Assembly (NCBI GenBank): GCA_963845145.1
Contig: CAWJQU010000005.1
Location: forward strand, 1 to 64,000
From: an uncultured delta proteobacterium
GTDB taxonomy: Bacteria; Desulfobacterota; Desulfobacteria; Desulfobacterales; QNYZ01
Reading direction: 5' to 3'
DNA length: 64,000 nucleotides
Made by a program: the position numbers and the translations under genes. The notes under the pieces are model-generated. The model was not told the origin of the DNA. It made no database searches and saw nothing but the letters and a program-made list of their open reading frames with translations. Each line of letters opens with the position of its first letter. Positions within the stretch are counted from its first letter, which is position 1. Below, one piece after another: positions 20,932 to 33,130 of this stretch.

Positions 20932-20964
20932 AAAAAAGGCGCTATCACAGAAGATGCGCCTTTT
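20932..20964 (-). terminator. Terminator after dsrP
   Basis: AAAAAAGGCGC...GCGCCTTTT hairpin with U-tract on the minus strand. Confidence 0.7.
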
Positions 20965-21013
20965 CCATATTTAAAAAACCTTTCCCAAATTTTAAAAAAT
21001 TGGGCCTATTATT

Positions 21014-22171
21014 TTACGCGCGGACCTCCTCTTTCACACCGATGGCCATTTTGAACAAGACGGTCAGGATCAGAAATCCCATGGCCCAGACAGCCAACGA
21101 TATGATGGCTTCCGGCATGGTCGGCCAGTATTCGTTGACCTCGTGCAACGGATTGGGCACGAAACCGCCTGAAATCATCCCCAACCCTTTGTCAATATAG
21201 GTTCCAATAAAAATCACAATACACGCCACAATAAGAACGGACTCGTTTTTACGCGTCACCGGATTGACCAATAAGATGATGCCAATGGCCATGAGGATCA
21301 AAGAGGCCCACATCCAGGGAACCAACATGTCGAAGCCCTGTAAACCGGAAAACAGGTATGTAAAGTGGTCCACGTGTTCCGGAATTTTACTGTAAAAAAC
21401 CACAAAGACTTCACAGAGAAAAAAGAAAACATTCACGCAAATCGCATAGGCCACGATTTTGGCCAAAGACTGGATCTGCTCTTTGCCCGGATCGAAGTGG
21501 GTTGTTTTGCGGACAATCATACACAAAAGGATCAACAAGGCCGGACCGGCCGCGAAGGCCGAAGCTAAAAAGCGGGGAGCTAAAACAGCTGTCAGCCAGA
21601 AGCCACGCCCGGGCAGACCGGAGTAAAGAAACGCCGTAACCGTATGAATACTGACAGCCCACGGAATCGACAGATAAATAAGCGGTTTCAGCCAGGCTTG
21701 ATAATGGACGCCGTTGCGTTCAGCCTCCAATACATTCCACCCAACAATTAAGTTTATAATGAGATAGCCCTGTAAAACAACGGTGTCCCAAAACAGAACC
21801 GACCGTGGAGAAAAGTAAATGAACACATTAAAAACCCGTGAGGGTTGCCCCAGGTCGACCAAAATAAAGGTGACGCACATGACGACCGAAGCGATGGCCA
21901 GAAACTCACCCAAAATAGTGATTCGCCCGAAGGCCTTATAGTCGTGCAAATAATAGGGAAGCACTACCATTACCCCTCCGGCGGCTACACCGACCAGAAA
22001 AGTGAAGTTGGCAATATAAAATCCCCAGGTGACATCCCGGCTCATACCGGTTATCCCAAGACCCGCATCCAGTTGCTTCAAGTAGAATAAGAAACCGATC
22101 CCTATCACGACCAGCAACGCGGCCATCCAACCGTAATATTTTTTGCTTCCTTTTAATGCATATTCAAGCAT
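21014..22171 (-). CDS. dsrP: DsrP, NrfD/PsrC family membrane subunit
   Basis: TGMSRDVTWGFYIANFTFLVGVAAG, DLGQP, SIHTVTAF, APRFLASAF; last gene of dsrMKJOP. Confidence 0.95.
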   Translation of the reverse strand: MLEYALKGSKKYYGWMAALLVVIGIGFLFYLKQLDAGLGITGMSRDVTWGFYIANFTFLVGVAAGGVMVVLPYYLHDYKAFGRITILGEFLAIASVVMCVTFILVDLGQPSRVFNVFIYFSPRSVLFWDTVVLQGYLIINLIVGWNVLEAERNGVHYQAWLKPLIYLSIPWAVSIHTVTAFLYSGLPGRGFWLTAVLAPRFLASAFAAGPALLILLCMIVRKTTHFDPGKEQIQSLAKIVAYAICVNVFFFLCEVFVVFYSKIPEHVDHFTYLFSGLQGFDMLVPWMWASLILMAIGIILLVNPVTRKNESVLIVACIVIFIGTYIDKGLGMISGGFVPNPLHEVNEYWPTMPEAIISLAVWAMGFLILTVLFKMAIGVKEEVRA

Positions 22172-22178
22172 GTTCACC

Positions 22179-22961
22179 TCATACGATGTAGTAAACGGCC
22201 GGTTCGGTACCTAAAGCCTGTTTGCGTCGAATCGTGTAGTTTTCTTTTAATAAATGTCTGACTTCGGAATCTGGATCATGGAGGTCACCAAAAGCGATGG
22301 CGCCATGGGAGGCCTTCACGCAGTAAGGTAATTCCCCCACGGCTATCTGCTCGGCGCAAAAATTACATTTTTCCACGACCCCTTTCATGCGCGTGGGAAA
22401 CTGGTCATTTTGATTCGTAATACCGGGGCGAGGATCACGGAAATTAAAACTGCGGGAGCCATAGGGGCAGGCTGCCATGCAGAAGCGGCAGCCGATGCAA
22501 CGGTGAAAGTCCATTAACACGATCCCATCGTCCCGTTTAAATGTCGCCTTGGTGGGGCATGCCCGGCAGCAGGGGGGATCTTCACAATGATTGCACAGCA
22601 CCAAAAAGGGTCGGTGCTCAACGGCCTCGTTCAAATAGGGATTGGTCTTGCTCGGGAAAGCGTTATGATAATGCGTTTCCCAAATCCACTTGATCTCGTG
22701 ATCTTTGTTTTCAAAGGCGGGAACGTTATGGGCATGATGGCAGGCTTCGATGATCGGCTCCAGATCATGGGCCGAGTGAAATTTGCGGGTATCGATCACC
22801 ATACCCCATTGCTTGGCTTTCAGGGCCTTGTCACCCGTTAATATTTGGGGTTCGGCCGGATGAGCCGCTTCTTTGGCAAAAGCGTTCAGTACCGGTTTGA
22901 CCCCCGCTGCCAATGTGGCGATCCCGAATAGTTTTAAAATATTTCTTCTGGTCCGCTCCAT
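22179..22961 (-). CDS. dsrO: DsrO, periplasmic Fe-S subunit
   Basis: Tat signal TRRNILK; CNHCEDPPCCRACP, CIGCRFCMAACP, KCNFC. ATG 22961 overlaps the dsrJ stop (TAATG). Confidence 0.93.
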   Translation of the reverse strand: MERTRRNILKLFGIATLAAGVKPVLNAFAKEAAHPAEPQILTGDKALKAKQWGMVIDTRKFHSAHDLEPIIEACHHAHNVPAFENKDHEIKWIWETHYHNAFPSKTNPYLNEAVEHRPFLVLCNHCEDPPCCRACPTKATFKRDDGIVLMDFHRCIGCRFCMAACPYGSRSFNFRDPRPGITNQNDQFPTRMKGVVEKCNFCAEQIAVGELPYCVKASHGAIAFGDLHDPDSEVRHLLKENYTIRRKQALGTEPAVYYIV

Positions 22962-23350
22962 TACTCGTTCTCCTTCGATCGATCGAGATGGCAATCCCAG
23001 CAATAGGGCTTTACCGAGGCATAATTGTGGCACTTATCACAAAATTGAGCCTTGTTCTCATGGCAGTCGAGACAGGTGTTTGTCAGACTCATATTAAACG
23101 CTTTTCCTTCGGCATTGACAAATTCGCGTTTTCCATTTCTGACCACATTGTGACGCCACACGTCCAAAAGCTGCATATGTTCGGCGCGCATGTACTCGGT
23201 CGGCATCACACAGCGTTCCGCCGCCTTGGCCTTAGCCGTAAGCGTCAGCTCCGGTTGGGGGGCCGCTTTGCCCATATTGTACCAAAGCGGGAAAGCAAAA
23301 ATCGCAATAAAAATCACAATCCCGGCAATGATCCATTTCTTATCATTCAT
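22961..23350 (-). CDS. dsrJ: DsrJ triheme cytochrome c
   Basis: N-terminal TM; CV..TEYMRAEHM; three CxxCH (CLDCH, CDKCH, CWDCH). Confidence 0.95.
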   Translation of the reverse strand: MNDKKWIIAGIVIFIAIFAFPLWYNMGKAAPQPELTLTAKAKAAERCVMPTEYMRAEHMQLLDVWRHNVVRNGKREFVNAEGKAFNMSLTNTCLDCHENKAQFCDKCHNYASVKPYCWDCHLDRSKENE

Positions 23351-23354
23351 CCGC

Positions 23355-24998
23355 CTACTCCTCCTTGGCCTCGTCTTCGGTCTCTTCTTCCACGCCGGGC
23401 AACGGCTCCAATCTTAAATCCACTTCCCGCTTCTGCTCTCCCGGCAGGATCAGCGCATTGCCGACCATTTCATGGAGACCGATCACTTCCACTTCCGGCA
23501 CCCAGTATTCCGTCATGGCAGGCAGTGCTGCCCGATCAACCGCGCAAATACACGCCAGTGTATTCACGCCGTATTTCTCATGAACATGTTTTACGGCGTT
23601 GGCCCGGGGCATGGCACCGGCCATGCGGAGCTCCATATTTTCACCGGCATTTAAACCGGAACCACTACCACAGCAAAATGTTTGCTCCCGGATGGTATTG
23701 GCCGGCATATCGTAAAAATGATTACAAACGTTATTTATGACATAGCGGGGCTCATCAAACATGCCCATGCCACGGGCAGGATTGCATGAGTCGTGAAAGG
23801 TCACTTTACGATTATCATTACGGGACGGGTCCAGGTCCAGCTTACCGTGCTTGATCAGGTCAGCCGTAAACTCGGCGATGTGCACCATTTTGGTGGATTT
23901 GGCATTCTCAAACTTGGTTCCGGTGATGGGATTGACCGGCTCTTCAAGAAAATCGGCAGGTCCGTTCATGGTGTCCATGTATTGATTAATGACCCGCCAC
24001 ATGTGACCGCATTCACCCCCCAGAATCCATTTGACCCCCAATCGCTTGGCCTCGGCATACATTTTCGAATTCAGCCGCTTCATCATCTCATGGGATGTAA
24101 ACGACCCAAAATTACCGCCTTCCGACGCATAGGTACTCCAGGTTACATCCAGACCGTATTTTTCCTTAAGAAAGTGAAACAGCATGAGATAGCCCATGCA
24201 GGTGTAGGTGCCCGGATCGGCGAAAACATCACCGGAAGGGGTGATAAAGAGGATATCGGCCCCTTTTTTATTAAATTGGGGTTCGAGTTTGAGACCGGTA
24301 ACCTCTTCGATGTCATCAACGAAAAAATCGATCATCTCAACAAAAGCGTGGGGCTGAATGCCCAGGTGGTTTCCCGTCCGATAACAATTGGCCACCGGGG
24401 TAGCGATCCAGTCGATGTTTAAACCCAGCAGGTTTAACAGCTCCCGGCCCATCATGGTGACCTCGGCCGTATCGATGCCGTAGGGGCAAAAAACCGAACA
24501 GCGGCGGCATTCGGTGCATTGAAAAAGATAGCTCCACCACTCTTTCAAGACCGCCATGGTCATGGGACGCCCACCAGCGAGACTACCCAGAATCTTACCG
24601 GCGGTGGTAAAATCGTTGCGGTACACCGACCGGATCAGCTCGGCCCGCAATACGGGCATATTTTTCGGGTCTCCGGTACCAATAAAAAAGTGACATTTAT
24701 CTGCGCAGGCCCCGCAGCGCACACAAATATCCATAAAGATCTTGAAAGATCGAAACTTTTCCAGCCGTTCTTTCATGCCTTCGTGGATGATCTCTTTCCA
24801 GTTATCGGGCAGTTGCCAATCGTCATCAAAGCAACTCCAGGTCCGTGGATTGGGGAGACCCGTGTATTCCAGGCTTTTGGGGTTCCCCGCATAGCAGGCG
24901 ATACCCTTTTTAATCTCGGTCGGGGTGTCCATCCATCCGACGGACGGCGGACGACGATCCGTTTTCAGCATTTCTCCGGGTTTGGGAAGATCCGACAT
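23355..24998 (-). CDS. dsrK: DsrK catalytic Fe-S/CCG subunit
   Basis: CVRCGACADKC, CTECRRCSVFCPYGID, GECGHMWR, HDSCN, FCCGSG. Confidence 0.96.
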   Translation of the reverse strand: MSDLPKPGEMLKTDRRPPSVGWMDTPTEIKKGIACYAGNPKSLEYTGLPNPRTWSCFDDDWQLPDNWKEIIHEGMKERLEKFRSFKIFMDICVRCGACADKCHFFIGTGDPKNMPVLRAELIRSVYRNDFTTAGKILGSLAGGRPMTMAVLKEWWSYLFQCTECRRCSVFCPYGIDTAEVTMMGRELLNLLGLNIDWIATPVANCYRTGNHLGIQPHAFVEMIDFFVDDIEEVTGLKLEPQFNKKGADILFITPSGDVFADPGTYTCMGYLMLFHFLKEKYGLDVTWSTYASEGGNFGSFTSHEMMKRLNSKMYAEAKRLGVKWILGGECGHMWRVINQYMDTMNGPADFLEEPVNPITGTKFENAKSTKMVHIAEFTADLIKHGKLDLDPSRNDNRKVTFHDSCNPARGMGMFDEPRYVINNVCNHFYDMPANTIREQTFCCGSGSGLNAGENMELRMAGAMPRANAVKHVHEKYGVNTLACICAVDRAALPAMTEYWVPEVEVIGLHEMVGNALILPGEQKREVDLRLEPLPGVEEETEDEAKEE

Positions 24999-25011
24999 CT
25001 ATGACTCCTTT

Positions 25012-26088
25012 TTAAGCCGATGAACCGGCTTGTTCATCCGATGGTGTTTCCGGTGGCGTTTCCAACGGTTTATCTACCGGAAGACCGGCTTCCACCATCT
25101 TCTCCCTGAATTCATCTTCGTACTCTTCGTAAGTATGGACTGCCACCGGATAATTCCAGGGATTGACATGTCGAACTTCCCTGGTATTGGCGGGCAAGTT
25201 CCGGGTCGGGCTTAAGAAGACGCCCCCCAGATGCATCAGCTTGCTAAAAGGGAAATACGCCATCAGGATACAAACGAAAAACAGATGGGCATAAAAAATC
25301 CCGCCAATCCCTTCGGGGGCGGTGGGACGAAATGTCACCAGCCCCATGGCCAAGGCTTTGGCGGCAGTGACATCAATCTTAGTGAAATAACGCATCAAAA
25401 TGCCGGTAAAGGCGATGCCGAAAATAAGAAAAAGCGGAAAATAATCGGCGGCCAGGGAGATATATCGGACCTGGGGGGTTAAAATTCGCCTTAGCAATAA
25501 AAAGGTAACCGCCGCCAGAAGCACCACCCCGGAGATAAACACACCGGGAAGCCCGGTCTGGATAAAATCGTATAGCACCTCGATACGGAAAAAACTGTCC
25601 ACTTTCTCAAGCATTCCGATGAAAAACGGCACCGGTTCGGTAAAAAGCCGAAAATGACGGATGAGCACCACCAGAAACGCGTAGTGAAAAGCGAGGGCAA
25701 AAACCCACAGCCAGATTTCCCACTTGTAGGTCAGCTTGTCGCCCTCTTCCAACCGCATCTTTGTATTTCGAAAGAGTGACCGAAAGCAAAAGATTTCCAG
25801 TAACATACGGACAAAGACCGCCGGTTTTGAGGTCGGACAATCAATGATATTGGGTTTTATCCAGGGTAGCGATTTTTGCTGTCCGCATGTCGTTGGGATT
25901 CGAAACGGAACCGCCGAGCGGGACCAGCCCATCACCTTGGTGATAAAACCGACGATAAAAGTAATCACCGCCAGATAGGGGATGACAACGCCGAAAATGA
26001 TTCTCAGCCCTAGGACTTCCGCCCCGACATAGGCGACGAAAAAAAGGACAATGACGGCTAAGAGGGCGTAAATGTAATGTTTGTTCAT
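25012..26088 (-). CDS. dsrM: DsrM, NarI-like cytochrome b
   Basis: VPFRIPTTCGQQKSLPWI, FRSLFRN, AFHY, YFPFSKLMH, SPTRN, HVNPWN. Confidence 0.96.
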   Translation of the reverse strand: MNKHYIYALLAVIVLFFVAYVGAEVLGLRIIFGVVIPYLAVITFIVGFITKVMGWSRSAVPFRIPTTCGQQKSLPWIKPNIIDCPTSKPAVFVRMLLEIFCFRSLFRNTKMRLEEGDKLTYKWEIWLWVFALAFHYAFLVVLIRHFRLFTEPVPFFIGMLEKVDSFFRIEVLYDFIQTGLPGVFISGVVLLAAVTFLLLRRILTPQVRYISLAADYFPLFLIFGIAFTGILMRYFTKIDVTAAKALAMGLVTFRPTAPEGIGGIFYAHLFFVCILMAYFPFSKLMHLGGVFLSPTRNLPANTREVRHVNPWNYPVAVHTYEEYEDEFREKMVEAGLPVDKPLETPPETPSDEQAGSSA

Positions 26089-26256
26089 CGACCGTACCTC
26101 ACATACCTCGAATTGGGGTCATAGGTGTTTTTCCAATACCATGACCGGATATCATTAAATGATCAAAATAAAAACGCAAAATCATTCTCAACCCAGCATC
26201 TGCGTACGCCGCCGAAGGCCATTAAACAATCTCGGCAATTTTACCGGCTCGGCAAT

Positions 26257-26817
26257 TTATACCGGCCGAATATTGGGCGTGTCATCCGGCTCCTCAACCA
26301 CCAGGCCAGCCCTGGAAAAGGCTTTGAAAACCGTATTTCGCTCCACATTGGCCTTAAGCGAAAATATTTTTTCCCGACACTCGAGATATATATCAACAGC
26401 GATCAGCGCAATGGCGTCAATATTCGACTCTATCTCCAATATCTCCGGCAGGGTCTTCGGGTCGCTGAACTGCCGGGAAAATTTCGTCCGCAATAGTTCA
26501 CGGATAATATCTTTGAGGAAAAAGACAAATCCAATCGCTTCGGACGGACTGAATTGTTGCACGGCACGTATTCGAATCGCCGGGTCGAGATCCTTTTTAA
26601 TAAGGTCGCAATCCATTTCCCCCAGGAGCTGGGAGACAACAGTCCGAATGCTTTTTAGCGTATTATTTCGTACGGGATTGGCAAAGGGGTCTTTTTTACT
26701 TTTGAGAAATCCGGCGGTATCCGAGGGATAGGTCTTGGCAACCATGTCGAACCAGCGTTCGACAATGGTGTCCTGGTACTTGACGAGGTAGGTTGTTAAC
26801 TTCATTCGCCGAGCCAT
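26257..26817 (-). CDS. dsrT: DsrT (RsbRD N-terminal-domain-like protein)
   Basis: IVERWFD...TYP...KDPFANPV...IRIRAVQQFSPSEA...YLECREK; directly upstream of dsrM. Confidence 0.82.
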   Translation of the reverse strand: MARRMKLTTYLVKYQDTIVERWFDMVAKTYPSDTAGFLKSKKDPFANPVRNNTLKSIRTVVSQLLGEMDCDLIKKDLDPAIRIRAVQQFSPSEAIGFVFFLKDIIRELLRTKFSRQFSDPKTLPEILEIESNIDAIALIAVDIYLECREKIFSLKANVERNTVFKAFSRAGLVVEEPDDTPNIRPV

Positions 26818-26921
26818 TTCCCCACAGGTTTGAAAAGAAACGGTAAAGGCCTCAACGTTTTAAATATCGTACCTTTCAGGTACGTGTACAGCGCGCAAAG
26901 ACATACCGTCCAAGGGAAAGG

Positions 26922-26950
26922 CTTATAGTCGGCTTGGCGAATGATGTCAA
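26922..26950 (-). promoter_or_regulatory. Sigma70-type promoter of dsrTMKJOP
   Basis: TTGACA-N17-TATAAG on the minus strand, about 105 nt upstream of the dsrT start. Confidence 0.75.
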
Positions 26951-27278
26951 GTAAATTTAGCTTAAAATCCGGCCCTGAGATGATTAACTCCCGGAAGTAA
27001 AAGGACGATCCTAAGGACCTTCAATAAAGTCAAACCCATTTGGATCAATCTTTTTTTGAAGCCAGGATAAAATCGAGGATAAATCGAGGATAAATACTTG
27101 TTTTTTTTCCTTCGACATGCAAAAGTTTATCGTATAGCAGATGTTTGCTTGTGTCGAAATGCCGTCCCCGATCAGCAGAATGGGCCTTTTTAAACACGCC
27201 GCGACCTTGACAGGAACTGCAAGGCATCATTCCTGGTTCGGATATAAATAAAGATAAAATCAATTTTATTTGGAGCCC

Positions 27279-28016
27279 ATGCGATTTCATCTCGCTGAAA
27301 AAACCGATAAGGGTCGCGTCAGACAGCGTAACGAAGATTTTCTCGGAAAGCACCGAAATGAAAAGCTGAATACGTCCCTGTTTTGTGTGGCTGACGGCAT
27401 GGGCGGTTATGGTTTGGGCGATGTTGCCAGTCGCATCGTTGTGGATGGCTTGCTGGATGACTTTTCCGGTACCACAAAGATAGACCGCCCCATCCGGGAG
27501 TGGGTGATTCATTTGTTCAATCGGGCCGAAGATCGTCTTCGTTTGTATCGCCAGGAAAAAAATATCACCCGGTTTGGCACAACGCTGGCAACGGTTTTTT
27601 TCATGGATGATGTCACCGTTTGCGCCAATATCGGGGACACCCGCATCTATTCCCTCGACGCCAGGTCGATGATCCAGGAAAGCCACGATCATACCCTTGT
27701 AAACCAGTTGTTACAAGCCGGCCAGATCACCGTGGAAGAAGCCGATTCCCACCCCAACCGCCATATGCTCACTTTGGCGCTGACCGGCGAGAGGGAGACG
27801 ATTGAGCCGTATATTTCCATTTGGCCGTTTGATCCGGTACGCACTTATGTGATCGCCAGCGACGGACTCTACAATATGGTAGAAGAATCGATCATCACGC
27901 GGTTCGTCACCCACAACCCGCCAGTTGAAGCAGCCGAAAAACTGTTCAAATGTGCCCTGGAAAATGGTGCCACTGATAATGTCACTTTTCAGATTATCAA
28001 ACCGCTCGACGAATAG
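27279..28016 (+). CDS. PP2C/PrpC-type Ser/Thr phosphatase
   Basis: GRVRQRNED, VADGMGG, GTTL, NIGDTRIY, DHTLV, ASDGL, DNVT. Confidence 0.9.
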   Translation: MRFHLAEKTDKGRVRQRNEDFLGKHRNEKLNTSLFCVADGMGGYGLGDVASRIVVDGLLDDFSGTTKIDRPIREWVIHLFNRAEDRLRLYRQEKNITRFGTTLATVFFMDDVTVCANIGDTRIYSLDARSMIQESHDHTLVNQLLQAGQITVEEADSHPNRHMLTLALTGERETIEPYISIWPFDPVRTYVIASDGLYNMVEESIITRFVTHNPPVEAAEKLFKCALENGATDNVTFQIIKPLDE

Positions 28017-28214
28017 GCCGTTGGGTACGGGCTGATTCCTCTCAGACCCTTTCATCCCAGAAAAACATCAAGAAAACCAACCGTTTACCGGTTAAGATTT
28101 TTTTCGACTTTTCCCATGGGTAATCGGGTGTTTGACACGACAGGAATGAAACGGGTAGAAAAAGGATAGCCGTGATCAGGTCGCTAATGACGATTATAAT
28201 AATGAAGGAACACG

Positions 28215-28400
28215 ATGGATTTTTTTCTTTGTGTCATTGGGATGGTGATGATCCTGGAAGGATTACCCTACTTTGCTTTCCCCGAACGAATGAAGGTTTG
28301 GGTTTCTAAAATACTCGAAATGCCGGACACCATGCTAAGGCGACTGGGGACGACACTCATGGGTATCGGTCTGCTGCTCGTCTATCTGGGACGAACCTGA
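28215..28400 (+). CDS. DUF2065 (YjeT-like) small membrane protein
   Basis: GMVMILEGLPYFAFPERMK...LRRLG pattern; AAGGA RBS. Confidence 0.8.
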   Translation: MDFFLCVIGMVMILEGLPYFAFPERMKVWVSKILEMPDTMLRRLGTTLMGIGLLLVYLGRT

Positions 28401-28426
28401 ATCTATAAAGTCAAACAACATTACCC

Positions 28427-30623
<2,197 letters not shown>

Positions 30624-30646
30624 CCTGTCGGCCAGGCGGATAGCGC

Positions 30647-30675
30647 TTGCTACGAATCGTATTTATGGTTATATT
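30647..30675 (+). promoter_or_regulatory. Candidate sigma70 promoter for the crotonase-family gene
   Basis: TTGCTA-N17-TATATT about 50 nt upstream of ATG 30727. Confidence 0.5.
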
Positions 30676-30726
30676 TTTATAAAGCGGTGAACCAAGCCAA
30701 AAACACCTACCATTAGGATCCTTAAA

Positions 30727-31473
30727 ATGAAAACGATTGTCATTGATTCAGACAAAAAAGTCGCCATCTTGAGACTGGCCAACGGCGTCACCAACGCCAT
30801 CAATTCAGCTATGGTGGAAGAATGCAACGAAGCACTTGATCAGATCAAGCACCAATACCGTGCCATGGTGCTGACCGGGGGAACAAAATTTTTCAGCATC
30901 GGCCTGGATCTGCCGGCGCTTGTCCGGTTAGATCGCGCCGAGATGATCGCTTTCTGGCAGCAGTTTGACCGCCTGGTTCTGAAATTATACACCCTCCCCG
31001 TGCCCACCGCCTGCGTGGTGTCGGGACATGCCACAGCCGGCGGAACCATTTTGGCTGCAGCCTGCGATTTTCGATATACCGCTTTAGGCAGACGCCTGAT
31101 GGGACTCAATGAAATCTTGATCGGTCTGCCCGTTCCATATCTGGCGGATCTTATCCTGAGGCAGGTCGTCGGAGATCGGGTGGCCACTAAAATGACCTAC
31201 ACAGGCGCGTTCGTCGATCCCGGACAGGCCAAAACCATGGGGCTGGTAGACGAAATGTTTGCAGAAGCGGAGTTGGAAGAAAAAACGATTGAAAAATTGA
31301 CCGCCATTGCCAAACACAGTCCCGAGGCATTTAAAATTAACAAAAAAACGCGAGTAGAAGATGTCGCGTACCGGTTCAATAAAAATGCTGAATCACGGAT
31401 GGGTCAGATGCTTGACTGCTGGTTTAAACCCGATGTTCAAACGCTGCTTCACCAGGCAGCTGAAAATTTTTAA
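30727..31473 (+). CDS. Enoyl-CoA hydratase/isomerase family (delta3,delta2-isomerase-like)
   Basis: FFSIGLDL, GHATAGG, CDFR, MGLNE, GLVDE. Confidence 0.85.
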   Translation: MKTIVIDSDKKVAILRLANGVTNAINSAMVEECNEALDQIKHQYRAMVLTGGTKFFSIGLDLPALVRLDRAEMIAFWQQFDRLVLKLYTLPVPTACVVSGHATAGGTILAAACDFRYTALGRRLMGLNEILIGLPVPYLADLILRQVVGDRVATKMTYTGAFVDPGQAKTMGLVDEMFAEAELEEKTIEKLTAIAKHSPEAFKINKKTRVEDVAYRFNKNAESRMGQMLDCWFKPDVQTLLHQAAENF

Positions 31474-31527
31474 TGTTTTGTCCATAAGGGACTATTGTTC
31501 ATCCGGATAAAAAATAGAGGAGATATC

Positions 31528-31749
31528 ATGAAAGAAAAGGTAGAAACAGCCTTAAACGAAATCAGGCCCATGCTTCAGGCCGATGGCGGAGATGTTGAGC
31601 TTGTGGGAATCGAGGGTGATGTGGTCAAGGTCCGTCTCCAGGGAGCCTGCGCCGGATGCCCCATGTCCCAGATGACTTTAAAAAATGGTATCGAGAAGGT
31701 TTTAAAAGAAAAAATCCCTGAAATAGCGTCAGTGGAAGCGGTACAATAA
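31528..31749 (+). CDS. NifU/Nfu-domain Fe-S carrier
   Basis: IRPMLQADGGDVELV...LQGACAGCPMS; GAGGAG RBS. Confidence 0.92.
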   Translation: MKEKVETALNEIRPMLQADGGDVELVGIEGDVVKVRLQGACAGCPMSQMTLKNGIEKVLKEKIPEIASVEAVQ

Positions 31750-31843
31750 GTTGGTCAACCCGGTGCGCCAGTCCGCCGGCCATTAAAAATCTTAGGGTAT
31801 TTCAATAGCGGCGTATATGAACCGACGCCGTACCGGAGTTTAA

Positions 31844-33130
31844 ATGATGATACCTCAAGCGCGTATTGATCGGCTGATTAAAGCGATCGATGGCGATGAA
31901 CTGATTGAACTGACCGCCGATCTGGTCAGAATCAATTCGGTCTGGGATCCTTCGGCCGGCACCAGTGAACAACCGGTGGCTGATTATGTTCACCGCTGGG
32001 CCGAAACCCAGGGATTTGAGGTCCAGATGGATGAGGTTGCCCCCGGGCGGTCCAATGTTATTGTGACCCATTCGTCCGACCCGGGCGGAAGGGTCCTGAT
32101 GTTCGAAGGCCACACAGATGTCGTGACGCCCGGTGATAAATCCGCCTGGACCCATGACCCCTTCGGGGCCGACATCGTTGATGGCCGTATGATCGGCCGT
32201 GGAGCGAATGACACCAAAGGCAATCTGGCCGCAATGCTCATCGCCATGGCGGCACTTAAACGTACATCAATGCCGTTGGCCGGCAAAATTATCGGCGGTG
32301 TCCTCTGTGATGAAGAGGATCAGATGCTCGGTGTTCAGGATTTTATAAAACGGGGCCATGCCGATAATGTCACCGCGGCCGTTATCTGCGAACCCCAGGA
32401 CGGCATGCTCTGCACCTCCCAAAAAGGGGCCATTCGCGCCAGGTTCACCATTACCGGGCGAATGAGTCACGGCGCCATGCCCCTAACGGGACTCAATACC
32501 GCCCCCGCCATCGCCCGTCTCATCGATGGATTGAGCGAACTGGAAGCAATTGCCATGGCGGAAACCGGCCCCGACAAACACCTGGGATGGCCCAGTTTTA
32601 CACCCACCGTTATTCAGGCTCCCCCGGTCGGAGCCCCCCAACTCAACGTCATGCCGGCCACAGCGATTCTGCTGGTTGACATTCGCACCATACCGGTTCA
32701 ATCCCACGATCTACTTCGTCAACAATTGAACACGTTGGCAAAAGACACCCAGGCAAATATTGAAGCGTATTACACCTCCCTCAACCGACGGCTTGGCATA
32801 GACCGTGACAATCGTATGAACGTGGATGTTGAATTTTTGACCGACCGGACATGTACCCTCACCGCGATCAATGATCCGGTGGTTCAGGCCGCAGACTGGG
32901 CCACGCGAACCGTATGGCAAAAAACACCCCGCTATGGCGGCGTCCCCGGCGCCACCGACGGCACCTTCCTATGGGCGAAAAAAAACATACCCATCATCAC
33001 CATGGGTGCCGGTGATCGGGACGTGCCCCATCAGGTGGACGAATGGGTCGATTTGAACCAACTCATCGATACCGCCAAAATCTATGCATTAACCGCCCTT
33101 CATTATCTCTTTAAAGGGGCTGAAAAGTGA
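31844..33130 (+). CDS. M20 family (ArgE/DapE-like) amidohydrolase
   Basis: EGHTDVV, GRGANDTKG, DEE, CEP, SHGAMP, GATDG, HQVDE. Confidence 0.88.
   Translation: MMIPQARIDRLIKAIDGDELIELTADLVRINSVWDPSAGTSEQPVADYVHRWAETQGFEVQMDEVAPGRSNVIVTHSSDPGGRVLMFEGHTDVVTPGDKSAWTHDPFGADIVDGRMIGRGANDTKGNLAAMLIAMAALKRTSMPLAGKIIGGVLCDEEDQMLGVQDFIKRGHADNVTAAVICEPQDGMLCTSQKGAIRARFTITGRMSHGAMPLTGLNTAPAIARLIDGLSELEAIAMAETGPDKHLGWPSFTPTVIQAPPVGAPQLNVMPATAILLVDIRTIPVQSHDLLRQQLNTLAKDTQANIEAYYTSLNRRLGIDRDNRMNVDVEFLTDRTCTLTAINDPVVQAADWATRTVWQKTPRYGGVPGATDGTFLWAKKNIPIITMGAGDRDVPHQVDEWVDLNQLIDTAKIYALTALHYLFKGAEK

Noticed and set aside
26231..26267. CTCGGCAATTT repeated at the dsrT stop
   Set aside because: Small local duplication with no functional support.
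27045..27692. 215-aa minus-strand ORF
   Set aside because: Antisense to the PP2C gene and its promoter region, with no motifs.
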